A DNA stretch of 64,000 nt from Pocillopora damicornis. Its lineage: Eukaryota. The position numbers and the translations under genes were made by a program. Each line of letters begins with the position of its first letter. Positions within the stretch are counted from its first letter, which is position 1. Below, in pieces: positions 57,301 to 64,000 of the stretch. Location: the NCBI RefSeq assembly GCF_003704095.1, contig NW_020847584.1, positions 1 through 64,000 on the forward strand, written 5' to 3'. The notes under the pieces are model-generated. The model had not been told where the DNA came from. It saw only the letters and a program-made list of their open reading frames with translations, and made no database searches.

Positions 57301-60300
57301 AATCATGTTATCAAATATTTTCTGGACTTCAATCATTCTCAATTTGAGAAATGACAAATTTGTTTGACTTCAGTCATTCTAAACTTGAGAAATGACAAAA
57401 GGCTTTCTAGGAGGGAAGAAAAAAAACATCACAAGGTACTTAAAAACTGATCTTGATGTCCCAGAAATCCCTACTTTGAGAGGAAGAGAGAATTGTGAAG
57501 GAGTGTGGTACTTAGCAGTTCTGGTACATTTAAATACCTGTGCCTAAATAGGAGGCATGCTTCTCTTATAAACTTTAAACCATCTACCTTTTACCTACAC
57601 AGTATGTACTAACCACAAAAAAATTGTTTTTTAGTGCATCAAAACTTTTTTTTGTTTACTATGGATTCCACCATTTTGAATTCAGAACAACTCCTATATT
57701 AACCTAGACACACATGCAAACAACCACAATGTGTCATTCACCAACAACTTCTGCTGTGCTGATGTGTAGTGATGCCAAAAGACAAAATAGATCGAAGTAA
57801 ATCAATAGTACCTTTTGTGTATCTGCAAATTTTTCAAACAGATCACCAAGATATAGAAAGGGAGGATACAGACTTTGTTACCTCACAGTTTAGCTGGCAA
57901 GTTGCTCTGCAATACTCAAAATGGTGGCATTCTTCAATGCATTATTTGGAAATTGAAAAAAAATGTTAGAAAGGTAAGATTACTCTTTCCAATATCAAAC
58001 CACAAGCAGTTTCATAATTTCATGGACATTGTTTTAAGGAATGGATAAAGATTACAGAGTATCTGAAGCATACTCTTTAAATAGAACCTCAACATAATTT
58101 ACACTTTCACCACATCATAATTTACAATTTCTGCAGTATGTCCCTTGTAGGTATGGAAGCACTTCCCAGATTCTGCACTCCATAGCTATCAAAACAAGCA
58201 ATGATATGATCAGTCCTAGCATAACTACAACATTACTGCAGTTAATATACTCAAAGATTATGATTTTTAAATATGAGAAAAACAGGCAAATGTAATATCA
58301 TTAAAAAGTAAAAATAATGAACTGTCAGAATAAGTTAGATAATGCAACTATTTTGTATAAAGAAAGAGTTGCAGGTGTTGATACAACTGGCGCACATGTT
58401 TTACTTCTTTTCTAGTCTATAATCTTCGTTTTACACAGTCACCATTTTCTCTACTCCGACTCATCCCCAGCTGTGAAACAATTTACCTTACATGTCTTGT
58501 CAAATGATCCAGTTGCTATTTTGTCCCTGTAAGGGAAGAAAAAAGAGCAATGCTGATTAAATTATGGTAAAATTATTAGTTAAAACCATCTGAATAAATA
58601 CCCCAGTTACCTGGCACCAATTTAGTAATTGATGATGCATATACAGAGAGGGAGAGCTAGACAGGTTGTGTGTGTGGGTGTGTGTGTATTTCTAGGAAAT
58701 CCTTGACAAGCAACTTTCATTCCTTTTTTAGAGACCAATTGATTCTCATTTCATAAGAGTCAGCAAACAAAACAATATCCTGGCATAACTGACTACCTAC
58801 CCATAGGGATTGTTGAATGCAATTGCATAGACAACATTTTTGTGTCCCTCCAGTACATGCAGCTCTTCTCCTGAGGCTGTATCCCACACTTTACAAGTTC
58901 TATCATAGCTTCCTGTTATGAAACTAAAGGAAAGGCAAATTCACAATGTATGTCAACAAAATACTTTATCTGATTACTCCTCAAAAGCATTGCTTATGCA
59001 TTTAACTAAAACAAGCCCTCAATGATCATTTTAATTTGTGTAATAACAGGTCACGGTTACAGGGTGGCAATGCTTATGAAGAGGTTGATTAAAAATAAGT
59101 TACATTTTAAATTGGAATCTTGCAAATCACCTTTAAATCATTTTCAATTTTACACATTTCAAGTACAAAAGAATGGAAGTGTAGATAATATTCCTTTTCC
59201 AAAACTGAAATTCTTTTAATTTCTTATTGTGCTGTTCACCCCAAATAAAGAAGTGGTAAGTTGCAGTAGTGCCTCTTTTAGAAGTTAACATTTGAAGGAA
59301 CGTTATCAAATTGAAGTCTAGTGATGTACTTTATATCTAAAACCAAAATACTATTAAAAAATTACCTTGTTCCAGACTTGTTGAAAGCCACATTGGTCAG
59401 TGGAAGGATGTGAGCTCTTAAAACCTTCACAGAAATAAATGGAAGGCATGAAAAGGGAAACTATTTAGGGTAAAAAAGGAGTAACTTGCACTTTAAGTTA
59501 GTTGAGACTTTGACTACACCTCATCGCCTAAATTGTCGTTTAAAATTATATATAAATTAGTTTTAATTTCCAGAGTACTCCTGCAAAACAAAATTTTAAA
59601 TTTGATTTAATTCTCAATTTTTCAGATATTTTTGAAGATATTCTTTAAATCTTTCACATCTATTGGAGAACCATGAATTCTGCAACCCCCTGAACATCTC
59701 TTTATACACCTGTGTTTTACTTGTTTTTTTCTAAGATATACAGTGGGCAGTATATTAAAGTATTTAGAATCATTACGTTTTAAGCTAAGTACATAACCCA
59801 AATGTTCTACATTTGGGTTTGTTCCCCTCTCCAATATGCTCCCTATCTAAAAGCCCTGACGAGTGATAAACCCGCTAGGAACAATTCCTCAAAAGGATGA
59901 AATCAATAACAGTATATCTGAATACCAGTACCTTGAAAAGATAGAAATGGTGATCCACACTTTCTTCTTGTTTTTCTTTCAGCCCTGTTGAATTATTACT
60001 AAAGGAAAACAACCAAAAGAAGCAGGAAAAATTGAGATTTTTAAATGTAGATTAAATGAATCACAACAACAGTGGAACCTCTGACTTTCAAATACTACAC
60101 TAAAAAATGACATCAGTCTATTATATCATGTAAGTTGCTACTGGCAAGAAAGCTAAACCACACAAATAATTATAAATAGCAGGTTTATGCAGAAGGCAAA
60201 TGGTTATTATCTGTATATTAATAATATTATAGAGTGGTCCATTCACATTTACTTAGTAACAAAAAACATTGGCCCAAAGAAGTGAAAAATAATTGATCCT

Positions 60301-63300
60301 TACTTTAAAGGCTTTACTAAATTATTTGAATGGTGTTTTCTTTTATTTACTCCTTTTTGTTTTCCTCCTGTTAAGAGGTAGTTAAATTATGCAAGTGATG
60401 ATATGATGAAACATTTATCTTCAGACATTGGTGCACTGTTCTTAAGAAGAGATGTAAACTCAAGAGACCACTCAAGGTTTATGTCAGTTTTGCTGCTAGG
60501 AAGTTAGTGTAAACATTAATCATTTATCATGTTTTAGATTCCAGATATCAACCAAACTGTTCCAAAAATGTATTTTTCAAATAGAAAAAAAAACTTTAAC
60601 TGCAAATTCTACCAATTTGAAGAAAAACTCAGTAACCTAGTTGTAAACTCGTAAAATGGAAAGAAAAACAAGGAGTGGTTTAAAAACAGCCACTGCTCTA
60701 TTTATCCCTAAAAAATTCACTCCTCAAGGCAGGTTGCCAGGATACTAAAAAAAAGAGGCAAGACATTGATGCACCCCAAGTAAACCACCAAGGTACCAAA
60801 CAAGACTTAATATTCAACATTATTGAAAACAGTTCTCAAACGTATAGGTTACTCTTTGAAATCTAAAGCAAGTTTGTTGTAACAATCAAAATGTGCTTTT
60901 TGGAGATATGGATGAAAAAATTATTATGGTGCCTGGAGGACATTTTTTTTTAAAGACAGTATGTCACAGTTTGAACCATTTCTATCCATGTCTACATTTT
61001 TTTCCTTCAAGACCAGCTCTTATGAAAATTGACATTTACAACTTTTATCTATAGATACAACTTGTGTATTATACAGGTTCCAAATGGATATATTTGGTTA
61101 AATGTTAACAGTACAGACCAATGGAGTCACAAGTACTGCCTTAATAAAATTTTGGACATCTGTTACAGTCACTATACACAGTCATTTGAATATTCATTTT
61201 CTATTTAAAGATTCTGGGCTCTCATTCAATCATCTTGAGTCAAAAACTTTGCATCAGGGCAAAGCAAACACATTTGCTTTACAAACAGAGGAAAATAGAA
61301 AGATACGTCCTGCTTTAGGTATCAAAATTTATGTTCAAGTCTGTTAGTTAAATCTATTGATGTAAAAATAGTTTTTTGGTTCCCTCACTATCAAAGGACA
61401 AACAAGTTACAAATAGTTCCTTTGATTTTTGAGCTGCCCAGTCACAATTGGATGTTTACGTTAATCATCATTTTAAAGACAGAGAGCACATGCTCAAGTC
61501 AGCCATGAAATTATGGATCATGTTGGTTGGACATCTTCTGAGACAGCTTTACAATACATTAAATTAAAACAAGTTTTGAATCTACCCAGCCACCACTCTA
61601 CAGATTACCTTTGCATACGAAAACCCTCATGCAGGAACCTATACTGCTTATCCTTTACAAAGAAGGAAATACTTTTGATGTTTTGAAATTCTTAAGTTAG
61701 GTCTGTGCAATATATTAAAAACTCAATATTTACAAAAAAGGATACTGAGAATCAGTTTTCTCACTTGCTCCATCTTTGAGGGTGTAATAAGGGGTTCCTT
61801 TGCAATAATGTCATCAAGTAGCAAATCAACATCAGATCTAAAACAAAAACCCCCAGGGTGTTATTCCATTATACATGTATTTTGATTGTGTATTGTTTGT
61901 TGTAAGATGAGCATCATCATTAAAACCCTCCTTAAAAATTTGTGTGCTCAAACAATAGTGCAATAATTCCAAAAAGGAAACTGTATATCAATAGTTTGAT
62001 GAAATGATTTTGGAAAACAATACTGTAAGTAATGATTAGAACTGTACAAATATCATGTGAGCACAAATATGCATGTTGCATTTACATAACTACTTGCAAT
62101 AATTACCTGTAACAAGTAAAGTAGTACTTTAAATGATGACAAAAAAGTTGTTGAGTAGGGTAGAAATAATCCGCTTAAAAAAGTAAAAGGACCAGCTAAA
62201 AATTCATTTCAACTTTGTTCATTAATTGACACAATACAATTCAAACTAATTACATATTATAATACTTGTAATTTTAATTCTTCATCTGCAAGAAAAGGAG
62301 ATAGTAATAAATTACAAATCTAAATGATGATTACATGTGTTACTTCTCAAAAAAATATGTACTCACGTGGGTTTTAAATCCAACAGATCTATAGATTTTG
62401 ACTTCATCATGCCAGATTGTTCATACTCCAGAATTATGCCTAAAAACCAAAGGTTTAAACACAAAAATGAGACTTCAAAACCAGCCTGAAATGCAAAGTA
62501 ACTTCTCACTGCCCTCTCAACTCACATGCACTTAGTAACTCACTTAAATGATTTCAATCAAGTCTTTATAGATTCAAAGTAAAGGAAAGGTGTTTAGAAG
62601 TCTAGGGTACAATTCAGAGATGCATGCCCTACACCCCTCTACCATCACCAAGGAATCAGGCAAGCACATCTGACATTCAAGAAGAGCAAACCATGTATTC
62701 TGTAACAGCAGATCTAATATTCAAGAAAACTCAGATTCAGACACTATTTAATTAGTATTTCAGAATACAACGAACAAGCTATAAGTGAATTTGACCTGAT
62801 CATGTGATATCCACAGCTTTGTAAGAGCAATTGAAATTTCTCTGTCACTTACTTATTACAAAAACTTCACCTCTCATGTCAAACAAATATTATATTTTGT
62901 GGCATTAAGTGGGCACATTTTCTTTTATGTTGAATACCCTATTAAGGTATCACAGAAGGAAAATTAGCATTTTCATTAAAACTGAGATAGCATGAGAACT
63001 ATGAGCGCAATCTCCAAATTTCACAAATATTGACCAAATATCAGCTGGGAATAGACTCTTCAGAGATCACAGCTCAAGCCAAAACACTTCACTACAAAAA
63101 TCTACTTGAAATTTTTTCAGGGCCTCAGTGATGTTGACATTAGTGTGTTTCCACTTCATGCCTTTGAAGGCTGTGATATAATCTCACTGGAAGATGCCAT
63201 TTGATACTGAAGCATGCTAGAAAGCAAAGAGCAGACTCAACTGGTAAGGAGTTATACGTAGGTTGAGAAGGTGTGAATGACTAGCTGTTTATGTCAACAT

Positions 63301-63636
63301 GGAAGGTGCTTAAACCAGCATAAAAGAGAATGAAAGAGGTCATGCAAAGGATGGAGAGCCATACTGGAAACAGAACATAGCTTTTCAACAATTGATGCTT
63401 GATGTGCGATGCTAGGCAAAAAGATGGACTGTCTGCAAAATTTTTTGCAAACCAGCACCCATAGCAACTTCGATAGAAGAGCGTAACTCTTTGCTAGCAT
63501 TCCAAAGCCACTAAAGAGCTGTTTGATTGAAAGCTCTTTGACTTAGTTTTATATGCAATTCTAAAAATTACACAAGTGTATCATAATTATCCTCACCTGG
63601 TGGATAATAACGCAACAAGAATTTTTTCAGACGCAT
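51314..63636 (-). CDS. DAW1: Dynein assembly factor with WD repeats 1 (WDR69/ODA16), 415 aa, 17 exons
   Basis: Exons 63636-63597, 62439-62367, 61837-61746, 59984-59932, 59424-59366, 58923-58801, 58526-58487, 58185-58126, 57259-57152, 56913-56807, 55960-55873, 55729-55674, 54454-54381, 53396-53320, 52486-52394, 52108-52039, 51348-51314 total 1248 nt. Diagnostic N-terminus [19 protein letters not shown], then [37 protein letters not shown] and successive WD40 repeats ending [11 protein letters not shown]. Confidence 0.96.
59985..61745 (-). other. U12-type GT-AG intron (DAW1 intron 3)
   Basis: 5' site GTATCCTTT. Imperfect branch TTTTCCTTTAGT at 60009-59998. The join gives [13 protein letters not shown] in frame. 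Confidence 0.8.
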
Positions 63637-64000
63637 ATTTCCGCTACAACTTTAGTAAAGGGGCTTCAACAAACATTCCCACACATTGATGAAAGACTGG
63701 GTAGGAGTGCTGATATTTGGTCAGCGGTCAATAGTTATTTTCTTATAGGTATGTCGTGTATGGGGAATTATTATGGACATTACTGTATGAATGAAGAGTG
63801 TAATGTATAATATTTATTGAGTAGATAATAATTCCCCATACATGACGTACCTAGGCTATTCGTATATACTGCATTACACCTTTTAAGGAATGTACTTCAT
63901 CCTCTTGCATTATAGGACACGACAAAGGACATATTATAACAGTAAATCAGACAGTAAAATTACCACAAGGAGGCCCCAAGAGGAAGTAACATTTTTGTAC

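Noticed and set aside
59853-59890. Hammerhead ribozyme starting CTGACGA
   Set aside because: No correctly placed GAAA box or supporting stems.
62990-63520. Possible Penelope/LINE fragments in DAW1 intron 1
   Set aside because: Only a vague resemblance, with no diagnostic motif I can support.

Overview
AT-rich, intron-rich animal genomic DNA. The repeat families look like those of stony corals, but this is inference only. There is one 100-N gap at 19885-19984. Three multi-exon host genes can be spliced by hand into complete reading frames: (1) an uncharacterised lysine-rich RNI-like leucine-rich-repeat protein on - (10 coding exons, ~432 aa); (2) Rubicon/RUBCN on + (18 exons, ~989 aa), head-to-head with (1) across a CpG-rich promoter; and (3) DAW1/WDR69/ODA16 on - (17 exons, 415 aa). 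A single-exon type I membrane protein with a PDZ-type C-terminus lies at 49056-49445. About 41.9-47.5 kb is a decayed endogenous Polinton/Maverick-like (adintovirus-like) element with packaging ATPase, protein-primed PolB and a probable major capsid protein, and a second PolB fragment sits in an LRR-gene intron. Most notable: (a) about seven short GC-rich twin-hairpin motifs with C-GNA-G triloops and covarying stems, scattered through the viral remnant and mostly embedded in its coding regions; (b) two minor-spliceosome (U12) introns, one a rare AT-AG intron in Rubicon directly after a GC-AG intron. The remainder is LINE/Gypsy fragments, a solo LTR, tRNA-derived SINEs, MITEs and degenerate minisatellites.
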